Positions 11,892 to 27,372 are shown, counted from the whole stretch's first letter. The stretch is DNA of 63,748 bases, filler included, from Pirum gemmata (GCA_002812295.1; 19 parts of 19 records of this genome joined end to end with filler, not necessarily neighbours in it); one strand, 5' to 3'. Notes: generated from the letters alone by a model not told the origin. A program made the numbers and translations.

Positions 11892-12554
11892 TAATTTGCA
11901 ACAGATAGATCGAAAAATTTCGAAAATTTCGAACTGTCTCGATTTGATGGTTTTTCTCAAATCCCTCCCAAACTAGAAAATTTCTTTTTAGCTTTTCCTT
12001 GCTTTTCTCTATTGCTGCATTGAGGTTAGTATAGTTAGTATACTGTTAGTATCATATCTTGGCCTTTCTATCATAAAACTTAAAAAAAAGTTTCGGTAGA
12101 GTTTTTTCAGAATAATGATTTCTTCTATATTTCATTAGTTATCCTTTTGATCTTTGATTTGTCACTGTTCAATTAAGTATACAATTAAACCTTGTTTATA
12201 AGATACCAAAAATTAATTAAAACGTATCTATTGCTAATTATTACTAAAACTGTAATAAGAAACTTATGAGCACAAGCTCGCTACTGTACACTTCGAACAC
12301 CCAAATAAAAATCATTTGATCAGAATAAATTTTCAAACATGTTCGGGCTATAATGCAGAGCTCAAAATTACAAAGTCGAACTACCACTACGCTACTTAGC
12401 TACATTAGAATGTGATTGCTTTACTAAAAAGCATAATTGGTACATTGAAATAAACAAAACTATTAAAAAACATGATAATTCCAATGATTTGTTAGCACTA
12501 GCTAATCCACCGTAATAAGGTTAGGGAAAATGCAGGACCTTCTGCTATTCCATC

Positions 12555-13152
12555 AGCTAAAATATTTTTCCATTGATGACGCATTCATCCCCTCTTAATA
12601 CGTGATAGCTTTTCATATTACTACCTGAAAAAGTAGTGGTGTTTGTTTTGACGGGGCCAGGAATTTTGTTTTTAATCGCAGTCCTAAGCCAAAATGCCAA
12701 AATATTCTTTTATTGATGACGAATTCAACCTCTCTTAATACTTTGTAGCTCTTTAGATTACTAGCTGAAAAAGTAGTGGTGTTTGTTTTGACGGGGCCAG
12801 GAATTTTGTTTTTAATTGCAGTCCAAAGCCAAAATGGCAAATTATTTTTTTATTGATGACATTCATCCCCTCCTAACACTTTTATAGCCTTTTTTAGATT
12901 AATGACTAAAAAAGTAGTTGTTTGTTTTGACGAGGCCGGTAATTTTGTTCTTAATTAATCGCAGTCCAAATCGCAAATAAAGGACCTCTCCAGCCTCTCC
13001 CATCCATTAGCCAAAATATTTTTTCCATTGATGACGCATTCATCCCCTCTTAATAATTTTATAGCTTTTTAGATTGCTAACTAAAAAAGTAGTTGTTTGT
13101 TTTGACGGGGCCAGGAATTTTGTTCTTGTTTAATCGCAGTCCAAATCGCAAT
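12555..13152. repeat. ~140-bp tandem repeat, 4 diverged copies
   Basis: ttgatgac...aaaagtagtggtgtttgttttgacggggccaggaattttgtt..taatcgcagtcc recurs at ~12573, 12713, 12853 and 13028. Confidence 0.9.
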
Positions 13153-13160
13153 TAAGAAAC

Positions 13161-13728
13161 TCAGTCTTTTCTAACATTTTGCTCTGATACGGGACTGGGA
13201 TTTGGGCTGAGATTGGGACTAAGACTGGGTCTGGGAAAGCCAACTTTGAGAGGAGTTGCGGTTTCTTTTTCATTTTCGGAATTATTCATAACTGTATTTC
13301 GTTTACTATTATGATTACTTTTTGGTGTAGTAACTAAAGTGGTTGGGGGAGTAGAAGTCGGGGACTCGTTTTCAATTTTTTTTTTTTCTCGAAGACGATT
13401 CCAAATAGTGTCCAGTTTAATGTGGTTACCAATTGGCGTTAATATGGTTGTTGGCGATGAACAAGGGGATGATGGGTTGAAAGATAAGTGCGTGGGTGAT
13501 GGTGTGGGGGGTTTAGTAACAGCATGAGTGGAAGATATATTAGAAGTTGTTGTTGTTGTTGTTGTTGAAGTAGAGCCTTTGTTGTTTCTCTTTTGAGATA
13601 AAGAAGATGTTGATAAAGGTAAGTATTTTCTTAAATCGCCATTAATGTAATTTCGAACAGCATTTTTGCGTGGCGTATTTATGAGAGATTGATAACTTTG
13701 GTTCCACAAAACTGAAGTAAGGTTAATG
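13161..13728 (-). CDS. Probable terminal exon of an unknown protein with a Ser/Thr/Pro-rich tail
   Basis: Long open frame, AG acceptor at 13730-13729, TGA stop; no recognisable domain. Confidence 0.55.
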
Positions 13729-13818
13729 CTATATATATTTTTTTTTTGAAAGTAGAAAATAATCATAATAATGATAATAATAATAAATAATAAATAATAA
13801 GTAAAATAATAATGATTG

Positions 13819-13851
<33 letters not shown>

Positions 13852-14293
13852 NNNNNNNNNNNNNNNNNNNNNNNNNNNNNNNNNNNNNNNNNNNNTTAAT
13901 TAATTAANNNNNNNNNNNNNNNNNNNNNNNNNNNNNNNNNNNNNNNNNNNNTTTTTTTTTTCAAAATTTTGTTTATTATTTTTCGCAAAACATTGTAATG
14001 TTTTTACTCATTTTTTGAAGAGTTTAATTATTTAATTATATATATATTGTACAAAAGGAATGGTAATAGTTATAACTTTAGAATTTATTAAATAATTAAT
14101 CAATAACATTAAAATATTATTCTTTTTATATTATTTTCATTTTTTTGAAATTTTATTATTGTATTATTATTATTATTATTATTATTAATTAATTATTATT
14201 GTTCCTACTGCTAGAGAAGTTGATATTTAAATTAATATGATATAATATAATATTATAGTTAATAATTATTTATTATGTTTTTTTCATAAATAG

Positions 14294-16574
<2,281 letters not shown>

Positions 16575-17368
16575 AAAAGAGAATTTTTTTTTACGTGTTT
16601 TTAAAGAAAGAAAGAAAAAATCAAACATTAAAAATAAACTTAAAAAACTGTTCCCTTGTACTATACATAATCAAAAGGATTAATATATTTTAGATATTTT
16701 TTTGATATTATCTGTTTCACTTTTTCAGCTAGCTTTATTTAAAAAAATTAGTAACTTGTTAACAAAAGCTTAAAGATGGAGATTAAGTTGGTTGAACATA
16801 TTGAATGTTATTATGATTATCCAAGTTGAAATTAAAGCCGGTATTGTAATTTTCAAAAAACATTGAGAGTAATAGATAGACTAAAAGGTGGACTAACATG
16901 ATCAGGACGCGTTTATTAAAAGTTAGAAATGCTATTTAAATATATTCAATGGTGTCTATTTTCTATAAACATCTGTTTATAAATAGGAGTATGATAAAAA
17001 TGTATGGGCTCAATATTCTCCTTTTTTTATTTTTAGAAAAAAAAAAACAATACTCAAAGAAAGAATAACCCCCCACCCATATTTGTCCAGAAAAACTAAT
17101 TAAAAAACTAAGTATAAAAGTTATTATAATATAAGTATGATAAAAATGCATAGACTCATCAATCTCCTCTTTCCTTAACCCTATATATATATATATATAA
17201 ATTATTATTATTATTATTATTATTGNNNNNNNNNNNNNNNNNNNNNNNNNNNNNNNNNNNNNNNNNNNNTTAATTAATTAANNNNNNNNNNNNNNNNNNN
17301 NNNNNNNNNNNNNNNNNNNNNNNNNATATTAATAATAATAATATTTATTTTTTTTATTGAAAAATTAG

Positions 17369-17559
17369 GTTCAGGAACCTACTCTTTTATTCCTGATTCC
17401 GGTTTTGTCGGTACCGTTTTTGTCAATACTCTTGCAAACTTGTTCCTTTCTATTCCTTTGAAAAAAGAGCGTACCCTCACTATTGATTTACCAGTTGGGA
17501 TTGAATTTTACGAATCAAAATTTGATCTTTATTATGCCGAAACTTTTATTAAGGTATGT

Positions 17560-17590
<31 letters not shown>

Positions 17591-19326
17591 TGTTATAATG
17601 ATTTATTGCTATGATTAATATGATTATTAATAATAATCAAAATCATAAATCATAATAATAACTATTAATTATTATTAATTGTTAATTATTGTTAATTATT
17701 AATTACTAATTATTACCGATTATTGATTATTATTAATTATTAATTATTAATAATTATTATTTATTAATTATTGTTAATCATTAATTATTGTTAATTATTA
17801 ACTATTATTAATTATTAATTGTTGTTAATTATTAATTATTAATTATTATTCATTATTAATTATTAATTATTAATCATTGTTAATTATGAATTATTTTCAT
17901 TAAATTATGTATTAAATATTAAAGAACAGTTAGATATTTATAAAGTTATAAAAATTAACATGTATTTTTTTTTACCCTAACCCTAACCCTAACCCTAACC
18001 CTAACCCTAACCCTAACCCTAACCTTAACCCTAACCTTAACCCTAACCCTAACTCTAACGCCAACCCTAACCCTAACCTAGCTGTAACTCTAACTCCAAC
18101 CGCAACTTTTACCTTAACCTTAACCCTAAACTTATATATATAATATAGAACAATTTCGATTTTTCAAAAAACCGTAATAATATCAAAGTTACACTTGGTG
18201 GTTTGAAATTCGGTCAAAGTTATGACTTGGTTATTCCAATCAAAGTTCCAAAAACTTTTACAGGAACCACACTACTTGAAAGTACACTCCAAATATCCGA
18301 ATCCTTTTCATTAAAATCAGAATTTGTTCGTAATAATAATAAAGACGGGTATCCGATGGCGATTGAGTCAGTTGAAAATCTTAATAGCTCGGAAGTAAAA
18401 AGGCACTGTTTAAGACTTCGAGCTTCTCGAATTATAATCAATCTGGCCCAGGAGCAAGACAACCAGCTGGAAGCATTAGAAAAGTTGAAAGCAGATATGG
18501 TAATTTTTTTGAAGAACAATCAAAAAAACGAAGCAGATGTTGTAAAAGTACAAGGACTTTTGGATGATTTACATGGTAACGTACCCTAACACCTTAACTC
18601 TTAACTATTAATCCATATCTCTAATCCTAGCTTTATCCTTAACCTTAACCGTAACCTTAACCGTAATCTTAACCGTAACCGTAACCGTAACCTTAACCTT
18701 AACCTTAACCTTAACCTTAACCTTAACCTTAACCTTAACCTTAACCTTAACCTTAACCTTAACCTTAACCTTAACCGTAANAACCATAACCATAACCATA
18801 ACCATAACCATAACCATAACCATAACCGTAACCGTAACCGTAACCGTAACCGTAACCGTAACCGTAACCGTAACCGTAACCATAACCGTAACCGTCAATG
18901 AAATAAAAAATAAAAATAAATAAAAAAAACATCAATAAATAAATAAACACTATATATTATTTATGTAATATTTATGTAATAATTATATAATATATATAAT
19001 ATATTAATGTATAGGCCAGGTCCAGGAAGCAACACAACATGAGCACTTTGATAGATGGGGCCATCATTATCTATTCTCTCTTGGCTCGGCTCATCTTCGC
19101 CAAGAATGTAATAACTTTAAAGATCCAGGAATACAGGTATAGAAATAATAGTGAAATAAGTAATAATAATAATACTGTTACTGTTAATGGTAATACAATA
19201 ATAGCACAATGAAAATAAAATCCAATTATTACAATAAATATATTACATATAATAATAATGATAACAATATATTGCATTAACCCTAATAGTAATACTACTA
19301 CTACTATTACTACTACTACTACTACA

Positions 19327-19391
<65 letters not shown>

Positions 19392-19814
19392 TCATTACTA
19401 TTACTACTATTATTACTATTACTACTACTTCTACTACTAACTACTAACTACTACTAGTACTACTATTTCCACCACCACCACCACCACACCAAAATATCAC
19501 ATAATAATTCAATAATTCAAAATCAAATAGACTTACACCAGTGCATTTCGTGATTCTTTGGTTGAAAAATGTGAAGATATTTTCTTGTCTATACCTGCCC
19601 CAGAACCATCATTAGCTAATACACAATGTCATGGGCACAACCACCAACCAGTTTATATGAATAATTATTATGATGCCCACGGGGGATGTATCGCGGGGCA
19701 TTGTTTAGTTCTCATGAGCGATGGATCTACCAAATTGGTTAAAGATATAAAAAAAGGGGAAAGTGTGGCTTCACCAGACGGGGATTGTATTGTAGAGTGT
19801 GTTGTAGAATCCAA
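17369..19814 (+). CDS. Vint protein (VWA - Vwaint - Hint autoprocessing domain), internal exons 17369-17553, 18149-18575, 19015-19136, 19531-19814; both ends missing
   Basis: Spliced translation gives the VWA end GSGTYSFIPDSGFVGTVFVNTLANL, then GGLKFGQSYDLV, the Vwaint motif DLHGQVQEA..FDRWGHHYLFSLGSAHLRQECNNFKDPGIQ..IFLSIPAPEPS, and the Hint N-terminus YYDAHGG|CIAGHCLVLMSDGSTKLVKDIKKGESV. All introns are GT-AG and phase-compatible. Confidence 0.9.
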
Positions 19815-20396
19815 GTAAGTTATATATATATATATATATATAGATATAGATATATTATATGCTATCACAATAATAACAATAACAATAACAATAACAATAA
19901 CAACAATAACAATAACAACAATAACTATAACGATAACGATAACAACAACAGTAACAATAACATAATAAATAACAATAATAATAACAACAATATATAACAA
20001 TTACACAATAATAATAATAAATTCATAACTCTATACTAATAAAAATCATAATCACAATTACAATCACAATCATAATCATAATTACAATTACAATCATAAT
20101 TATAATTACAATCACAATCATCACAATCACAATCACAATCATAATAACAATCACAAACATAATCATAATACCAATAACAATAACAATATTATTAATAACA
20201 ACAATAACAATAAAAATAATAACCACAACATAATAATAATAATAATAACTAATATTAACTAATACCATACCAATAATGCATATATGACTCGAAACTGGAA
20301 AACACGCGTATTAAGTGTTAGGGTGTTAATAATAAGCCATTTTCAAAGCTTATCTAATACTATATATATTGTGTGGGTGTTATTTTTTTGTTGTTA

Positions 20397-20543
20397 TATC
20401 GTGCTTTTCAGTTGTTTTATCATTATAAAATATACAATAAAGTATATTTTATTATATATTTATTTATTTAAAAATATCAATTTAAATATTATAACCAACC
20501 CAAATAAATATTCGTAGTGGCAAGATAAATGAAAAGCACAATA
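20397..20543 (+). mobile_element. MITE family B copy (internally deleted)
   Basis: Ends tatcgtgcttttcagttg...tgaaaagcacaata; homologous to the copies at 22592, 31878, 33367, 52743 and 53052. Confidence 0.7.
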
Positions 20544-20849
20544 ACTATTTTAACGATAAAAAAAAAATTAATTTGTATTGAGTGTTATTTTTTTTTTANN
20601 NNNNNNNNNNNNNNNNNNNNNNNNNNNNNNNNNNNNNNNNNNTTAATTAATTAANNNNNNNNNNNNNNNNNNNNNNNNNNNNNNNNNNNNNNNNNNNNGG
20701 ATAAAACTGTAGAAATCACTTTTTCTAGACTTCTTTTCTAAAAACCTATCAAAACTGGTGGTCATTGGTTCATAGATTTTTATTTGTTATAAAATTTCTC
20801 AAATTTTGGTCGGTGCCTGCACTGTGCCTGCACTCTCGAGCTAAGGTTA

Positions 20850-21006
20850 GGGAACGTTCAAATAATACGTCACGTCAGTGTCACGTCAAGGGGTAGGTCC
20901 TAGGTAGGTGGTATTTGACCGGAAATTAACGTCGAGGGGTAGGTAGATGTAGGTAGGTAGTGGTATTGGAAGCTGTATTTGGCCAGAAATTGGCGTTACG
21001 AGTCCC
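20850..21006 (+). mobile_element. MITE family A copy
   Basis: tta|gggaacgttcaaataatacgtcacg ... ggcgttacgagtccc|taa. Confidence 0.8.
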
Positions 21007-21786
21007 TAACTTGGACCCCTAGCTAGCTAGACTTGGACCCTAACTGAGGTTATCACTTTGACTTCACTTTGCTATTTTTATATAATAATATTATTATCGT
21101 CTACTTCATTACAGTTGTCCTTTCTATCTTTAATTTGGTACCATTCAATTGTATAATTGAACTTTTTTATAAATATAAAATTACTATATGAAATATCAAA
21201 TTAATTAAAACATGACTAATTAATTATAATTCAGTTTTTGAACTGGACAACACTATTGAAAAACACGATATAATAAATTTAGTTTAATTATTTTTATTGA
21301 TTGGTCGACGACCTCGACTATTAGTCTATCGGTTAGACTATCTGGTGGAGATATAAAGGGGGAGATGCGGGAAAATCATCGAATCAAGACTAGTTTGAAA
21401 TTTTCGAAATTTTTCGATCTAATTTTAAGTATTGACTTAATTACAAAACTTGAAACTCGAAAAAAAAATAATAATATCTTTTCAAAATTGTCACTATTTA
21501 ATCATTCGGATCGAGCTGTTTGATTCGATTATGTTTTCCCTTATATCAAAACGTCAAACTCGACTAGCTAGCTACTAGCAGTTCTACTAGCTAGAGTCTA
21601 GCTAGCTAGTCTAGCTAGTAGACGCGGTCCTAGCTACGATAGCTACTACTAGCTAGTAGCTAGCTGTAGTATCGCCGCTGATATCGTAACCAAGATAAAA
21701 ATGGCGAGTCATTGGCGACACTAACTCTAGCTAACCTTAACCCTAACCCTAACCCTAACTAGCTAACCCTCTAACCCTAACCCTAA

Positions 21787-21937
21787 GGGAGCGTTCAAAT
21801 AATACGTCACGTCAAGAGGTAGGTAGGTAGGTAGGTGGTGTTTGACCGGAAATTAACGTCGAGGGGTAGGTAGGTAGGGGTATTTGAAGCTGTATTTGAC
21901 CAGAAATTGGCGTTACGTAGACGTAACATTCTATCCC
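21787..21937 (+). mobile_element. MITE family A copy
   Basis: taa|gggagcgttcaaataatacgtcacg ... ggcgttacgtag..ccc|tag. Confidence 0.8.
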
Positions 21938-22293
21938 TAGCTAGTCAGCCGTTGAGAAAGAATCTACCCATGTTTTTTTATAGTAATAAAAACACTATAA
22001 AAACTCAAAAAAAAATTACCAAACATACAAGTCTTCTACACTTCTTCTATGATACCGTATTTTTAAAAAATGAGCTCAAAAATAGTTCAAAAATATTCAA
22101 AAATAGACTACTTCAAAAATAATATTCAAAAATCCAAAAATGAAACTACCATAATAAGTCTACCAGTAGACTATCGTATTAAAATATTATCAATACCACC
22201 TAGCTAGCTAGGGGCTAGCTAGTAGAGAGCTATGATAGCTAGAAACTACCACACCTACCACACGGTCTGGACCACACGGTAGACATAACATAA

Positions 22294-22445
22294 GGGAGTG
22301 TTCAAATAATACGCACGTCAAGGGGTAGGTAGGTAGGTGGTATTTGACCGGAAATTAACGTCGAGGGGTAGGTAGGTAGGTAGGGGTATTTGAAGCTGTA
22401 TTTGACTGGAAATTGGCGTTCGTTACGTAGTATTTGAAAGCGATC
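22294..22445 (+). mobile_element. MITE family A copy with the best-preserved right TIR
   Basis: Left end gggagtgttcaaataatacg; right end cgttacgtagtatttgaaagcg is an approximate reverse complement of the family's left end. Confidence 0.8.
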
Positions 22446-22591
22446 GCAGCCTGGGGAACGGTCTAAGCGTCTATCTAGCTAGCTCTAGCTAGAAGCGTCT
22501 ACTATGATACAAAGAATAACAAAGAACGGGTATGATAGAAGAAAACTTAGAAAAGAAGTAAAAGCAGCCTATTTTTATTCTATTTTTATAT

Positions 22592-22772
22592 TATAGCGCT
22601 TTTCATTTATTTTGACACTCCGAATATTTATTTGGTTGGTTATAATTTTTTAATTGACATTGTTAAATGAATAAATGGATAATAAAAGAAATAGATTTAT
22701 ATAGTATATTGTATTGATTTGGTGCTCTTTATTGTATATTTTGTGATGATAAAACAACTGAAAAGCACGATA
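22592..22772 (-). mobile_element. MITE family B copy
   Basis: Imperfect TIRs gcgcttttcatttattttgaca / tgataaaacaactgaaaagcacgata. Confidence 0.75.
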
Positions 22773-24105
22773 TAAATATCGTCTACTAGTAGTCTATAGA
22801 TTTTTTATATCGATATATGTATGATATAGACTTTAGCTAGCTAGACTATATAATTAAATGCTTTTAAGACAACTGGCATAGATACCAGTATCAAAGCTAA
22901 ATATCAAAGTATCAAATATACAGCTGATTGAAGCCTGATTCCACTATAGATATTATAATTATTTATATCACGATATGATTTATAAAAATATAGCCTATCG
23001 ATATGAATCATATGATACGATATTCAAGTACTACTAGCTAGCTAGTAGCTAGCAGTTCTACGATAGTTCTACGATACGTGCTTTGGGCTGCTTAGTTAGG
23101 CAGAACTTTAGCCTGGTCAACTCATTCGGGTGGTGCCAGTAGCGACTGGATCTAGCTAGCACCCCTTCTTTCGAATTTAATTGTACAAATTGGCAGTTAG
23201 AAGGAACATTGACGTCATTAAGATTTTCATTCATTTCTTTTTCACTGTTCACACCCAATTTTCCAAGGAGTTCAAGAAAATAAAAAAAAAATTCTTGAAC
23301 TTTGTTTTTTCTTTTGTTTTCAAATTTTTTTGATTCATGACTGATTCATGCCAATTAGTGTTGTTGGTGGTTTGTTGCTACTAGCTAGCTAGATATGAAA
23401 CCAAGGATACTACGAAACTAATATTATAAAAACAATTACATTACAATGGTGTTTTATAAAATATAAAGACGGGTATGTAGACCCCCGAATGAGAAATCTG
23501 TACATGTAGTTAATCATAAAGCATTATTTTATACCAACCTTTGAATTTGATAAAAATAATGTTTCTGATGGAGGTTTTACAATTACAAAAACGCAGAAAT
23601 TTGTCTTTAGTATATGATAAGATAAATATTAGATTAGTATCAATATTATATCATAGATGTTTTTAAAAGGAGGTAGTTAGGTAGAAAAGGGCATTAGGCT
23701 TTATATCAGCTTGATCAGTAGGACTTAGTTTATTACAAGGAGAGCTCGAGATTATAGGATTATTATTCATTTTTGTAACATCGATGTATGGCTTCAACAC
23801 CTTTTTTGTATTGAGTATTGACTAATTTGGTATTTTAAAAACTTTAGATCCAAATAGTATCCAAATAGTTATCCAAATTGTTATCCAAAATTACCTTAGA
23901 GTTAGGGTTAGGGTTAGGGTTAGGGTTAGGGTNNNNNNNNNNNNNNNNNNNNNNNNNNNNNNNNNNNNNNNNNNNNTTAATTAATTAANNNNNNNNNNNN
24001 NNNNNNNNNNNNNNNNNNNNNNNNNNNNNNNNAATAAGAACAATAAGAACAATAAGAACAATAAGAACAATAAGAATAATAAGAATAATAACAACAATAA
24101 CAATG

Positions 24106-24151
<46 letters not shown>

Positions 24152-24609
24152 CAACAATAATAATAACAATGGTAAAAACAATAACAATAATAAAACAATG
24201 AAATTAGAATTTGAAAAGTAGAAGTCATGATTGAAAATTAGAAAAGCATCTATAGTAATAATATTATTAACAATTACCATTATTAATACTTGATTTTTTC
24301 ACTTGATTTCTAGCTTTTTAGAATTGACAAACAATTTCCACAGTATATGATATTTTTTCAAAAACAATAAAATTATTCCATAATACATTATTGAATGACA
24401 TGATCCTGAAAATTTCGAAATAACTGTGACATCCTACTAATGACAATGATCACACAAGAATTGCAATTCGAACCATAATTTCTGATCACATAACTAAAAT
24501 TCAATAACACACTGACAATAAAACTATCAAATAACAATAACAAATAACAATAACAATAACAATAACAATAGCAATAACAATAACAATAACAATAACAAAT
24601 AACAATAAC

Positions 24610-24641
<32 letters not shown>

Positions 24642-24801
24642 CAATAACAATGACAATAACAATGACAATAACAATGACAATAACAATAACAATAACAATA
24701 ACAATAACAATAACAATAATCAACAATAGTATCAACAATTATAACTTATCTATTAAAATTCATCTATTTTACAAAAATCATTTATTATTATCTATAACAC
24801 T

Positions 24802-27174
24802 CTAGACACTGAAAGTCTCAGTTCGTTTTCTGTCTTTATCTTGTTTTAATAAGTTGATTTTATCATTATTATCAGAATTAGATTCCAACTCATTTTGTGT
24901 ACGTGACAATCTAACATGGTCCAAATTAAAAATATCGCCAGCGTTCAAAGTTGTCCTTGTTTGGGGTAACTGTGTAATATCTGACAAAGGAATAAGTACA
25001 CAGTCTTCAGATAATTCATTGATAACCAGTGGCCCACCTGAGTAAAATGGTGCAGTTATAGTGGCGCCAGAAGCAATTTTTAACGAGCCTTGTAATAAAA
25101 TAACACAACTTGTTACTTTTAAGGGTAAAATTATTTTCAGATGTTCATCGCCACCCTTTAATATAGACCCTTCCACAATCGCATTCAAGACATTTTCGAT
25201 TTCAAATTGTTTCATTGCAATTCGACGATAGTGATGACTAATAATTTGAGAGGCCATACTTTTCCAGAAACCTTTTGTTATTTGTGCATAACCTTGTAAT
25301 TTTTTCCAGGTTTCATTGTCAATACATAAAACTTCGGTGTAAGAAAGAGCTGTTGCCTCCTCCCATTCTTGCCCAGCAAGAGAGCTCACTGCACCAACAA
25401 TAGCTCCAGCACTTTCTGTGATTGAACGTACGTGTACATCTAGATTTCCATTTCCAGAGTACTCTTTGTATTTATGAACAATTTGACCTCTTAATACAAT
25501 GAAGATAGCTCCCTTGGCTGATTTATCAAATCCAACAATAGGTTGTCCAGCAGAAAATACTTGCTTCTTGTTGACTAAATCAAAAATTTCGTAAACATCA
25601 GATAAATCCTTGAGATAAGCAATCGATTCAAGTATTTCTTTATCACTACTCAACCTATTTTCTTTTCTGTATGGGTACAGAGATAAAGCTCTTATTTTCA
25701 GCAATAATTTTCTCTCTAACTTAGAATGCTCCGCTTCGTTCAGAAGGCCGTCTTCGTAAGCGTGCTCTAAATGATGTAGCATAGTTTTAAGTAAATGGAA
25801 TGTGGCGTGTTTGGTCTGAGCTACACCTGTCAACTCTTCTGAAAATGCAGAAACAGATACTATAGCTTCATGACATTTTTCGATGGAAGAATGGACATCT
25901 TCACTTAGTCCACCACTAACTTCTTTTCGAACATCAGTTAACAGTGATTGAAGGTCACGATGTGCCTGGATAAATACATTCCCAATCGCATGGCCATTGG
26001 TGATCCACTGGTTAAGAAGAGGTTTCTTAATAAAATCTATATTTAATTTTAAAGCCCATTTTAAATAAAACGGAGTTTCAAAAACATCCTTTAGATTTTC
26101 CCAGTCCCCGCACAAACCAGTGTCTACATCATCATCAAGTGATTCTTCTACAGTTTGAATTAGTTTCAAAAATGGTAACGGCCCAATAGCTCTCTTTTCA
26201 TAGTAATAGTGTTTATACCGGTTTTTTAAAGCTTGTAAAAACACTTTACGTAATTCTTTTTTCTCCAACTCACACTCGTACATTTCCTCCGCAGAAGGAC
26301 CATCACTCGTGTGTGTCAAAAAACTTGAAACAGACTTGATCATTTTAGGACTATCCGAATTTTTATCGTCTTCAGGAGTTGCCTTTGTCTTTTGTTTTTT
26401 ATCAAACTGAAATTCACCCAGATCAAGATTCTTATGTACTTTTGCCCAGTCTGCACCTTTATAAAACGGATTTCCTTGCATGGCTTGAAATGTAGTATCT
26501 GTAACATGTTTGATATGCTCAGTGGTATTATTGATGATTTGTAAACGTGCTGGTGTCGTTTGTCCCATTCCAAAAAACTGCAAAATGAACCTTGTTGTTG
26601 TTCCGTTTATAATTAAAGTCAAAAGCACTACAGCTGAAACTAAAAACACTATTCTATCCTTTTTACTTTTGGGGATACTTGGGTCAGCTTCTACGATCAA
26701 GGCTAATGCCAATGCAATAGCTCCACGAAGACCTCCGTATATTAGAGTAGTGTAATCTCCAAGTGTTAAGTCATAGCCAAAATATTGTAATATTGGCACC
26801 TGGCAAACAATGGAAACAAATCTCGTTACATGAATCCAAAGATACAGCACCAAACCATTCAAATAATCTGTGTAGTTTAAATCGCTATTGTTTATAAGCC
26901 TATCAGCCAAAATAATACCGGTAACAGCAAATAATAAAACGTTTAGCATCCAACTAATTAATTGCCAGAAAAGATGAATACCTTCCTCTACTTTTATAGA
27001 TGAAATCAATGGTTTTCCGAAGTAACCAACTACGACTCCAGCAACAACAACTCCCAAAACCCCTGAAACATGAAATTCTACTTCTGCCACCCAAAATACA
27101 CAGAAGGGCAAAATGAAAACTATGGTGGTTTCAATTATAGAGTCAAAATAAGTTACAGCAAGTAAACCGCATGC
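24802..27174 (-). CDS. CPA1 Na+/H+ exchanger of SOS1/SLC9C type with a C-terminal cyclic-nucleotide-binding-like domain; last exon, 5'-truncated
   Basis: AEVEFHVSGVLGVV, FWQLISWMLNVLLF, GGLRGAIALALAL and LLTLIINGTT are SOS1/sNHE TM motifs. LEHAYEDGLLNEAE is followed by a CNBD-like segment (FSAGQPI..IFIVLRGQI..GAIVG). CAG acceptor at 27177-27175. Confidence 0.92.
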   Translation of the reverse strand, partial: ACGLLAVTYFDSIIETTIVFILPFCVFWVAEVEFHVSGVLGVVVAGVVVGYFGKPLISSIKVEEGIHLFWQLISWMLNVLLFAVTGIILADRLINNSDLNYTDYLNGLVLYLWIHVTRFVSIVCQVPILQYFGYDLTLGDYTTLIYGGLRGAIALALALIVEADPSIPKSKKDRIVFLVSAVVLLTLIINGTTTRFILQFFGMGQTTPARLQIINNTTEHIKHVTDTTFQAMQGNPFYKGADWAKVHKNLDLGEFQFDKKQKTKATPEDDKNSDSPKMIKSVSSFLTHTSDGPSAEEMYECELEKKELRKVFLQALKNRYKHYYYEKRAIGPLPFLKLIQTVEESLDDDVDTGLCGDWENLKDVFETPFYLKWALKLNIDFIKKPLLNQWITNGHAIGNVFIQAHRDLQSLLTDVRKEVSGGLSEDVHSSIEKCHEAIVSVSAFSEELTGVAQTKHATFHLLKTMLHHLEHAYEDGLLNEAEHSKLERKLLLKIRALSLYPYRKENRLSSDKEILESIAYLKDLSDVYEIFDLVNKKQVFSAGQPIVGFDKSAKGAIFIVLRGQIVHKYKEYSGNGNLDVHVRSITESAGAIVGAVSSLAGQEWEEATALSYTEVLCIDNETWKKLQGYAQITKGFWKSMASQIISHHYRRIAMKQFEIENVLNAIVEGSILKGGDEHLKIILPLKVTSCVILLQGSLKIASGATITAPFYSGGPLVINELSEDCVLIPLSDITQLPQTRTTLNAGDIFNLDHVRLSRTQNELESNSDNNDKINLLKQDKDRKRTETFSV

Positions 27175-27372
27175 CTGTGAAAATAAATATAAAGGAGTTT
27201 GAGTTAAAAAACAAAAACTTTTGAAACAGATAGTTCAAGAAAATGTGGGCAGATAATAATAATAATAATAANNNNNNNNNNNNNNNNNNNNNNNNNNNNN
27301 NNNNNNNNNNNNNNNTTAATTAATTAANNNNNNNNNNNNNNNNNNNNNNNNNNNNNNNNNNNNNNNNNNNNA

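Noticed and set aside
12573..12770. Possible C/D-box snoRNA cluster (TGATGA...CTGA)
   Set aside because: The D-box CTGA is lost in copies 3 and 4, the spacing is short, and no terminal stem or rRNA guide was recognised.
19687..19814. Mobile intein or a Hedgehog gene
   Set aside because: The Hint follows a Vwaint motif, is interrupted by an intron, and no Hedge domain or homing endonuclease is visible; Vint fits better.
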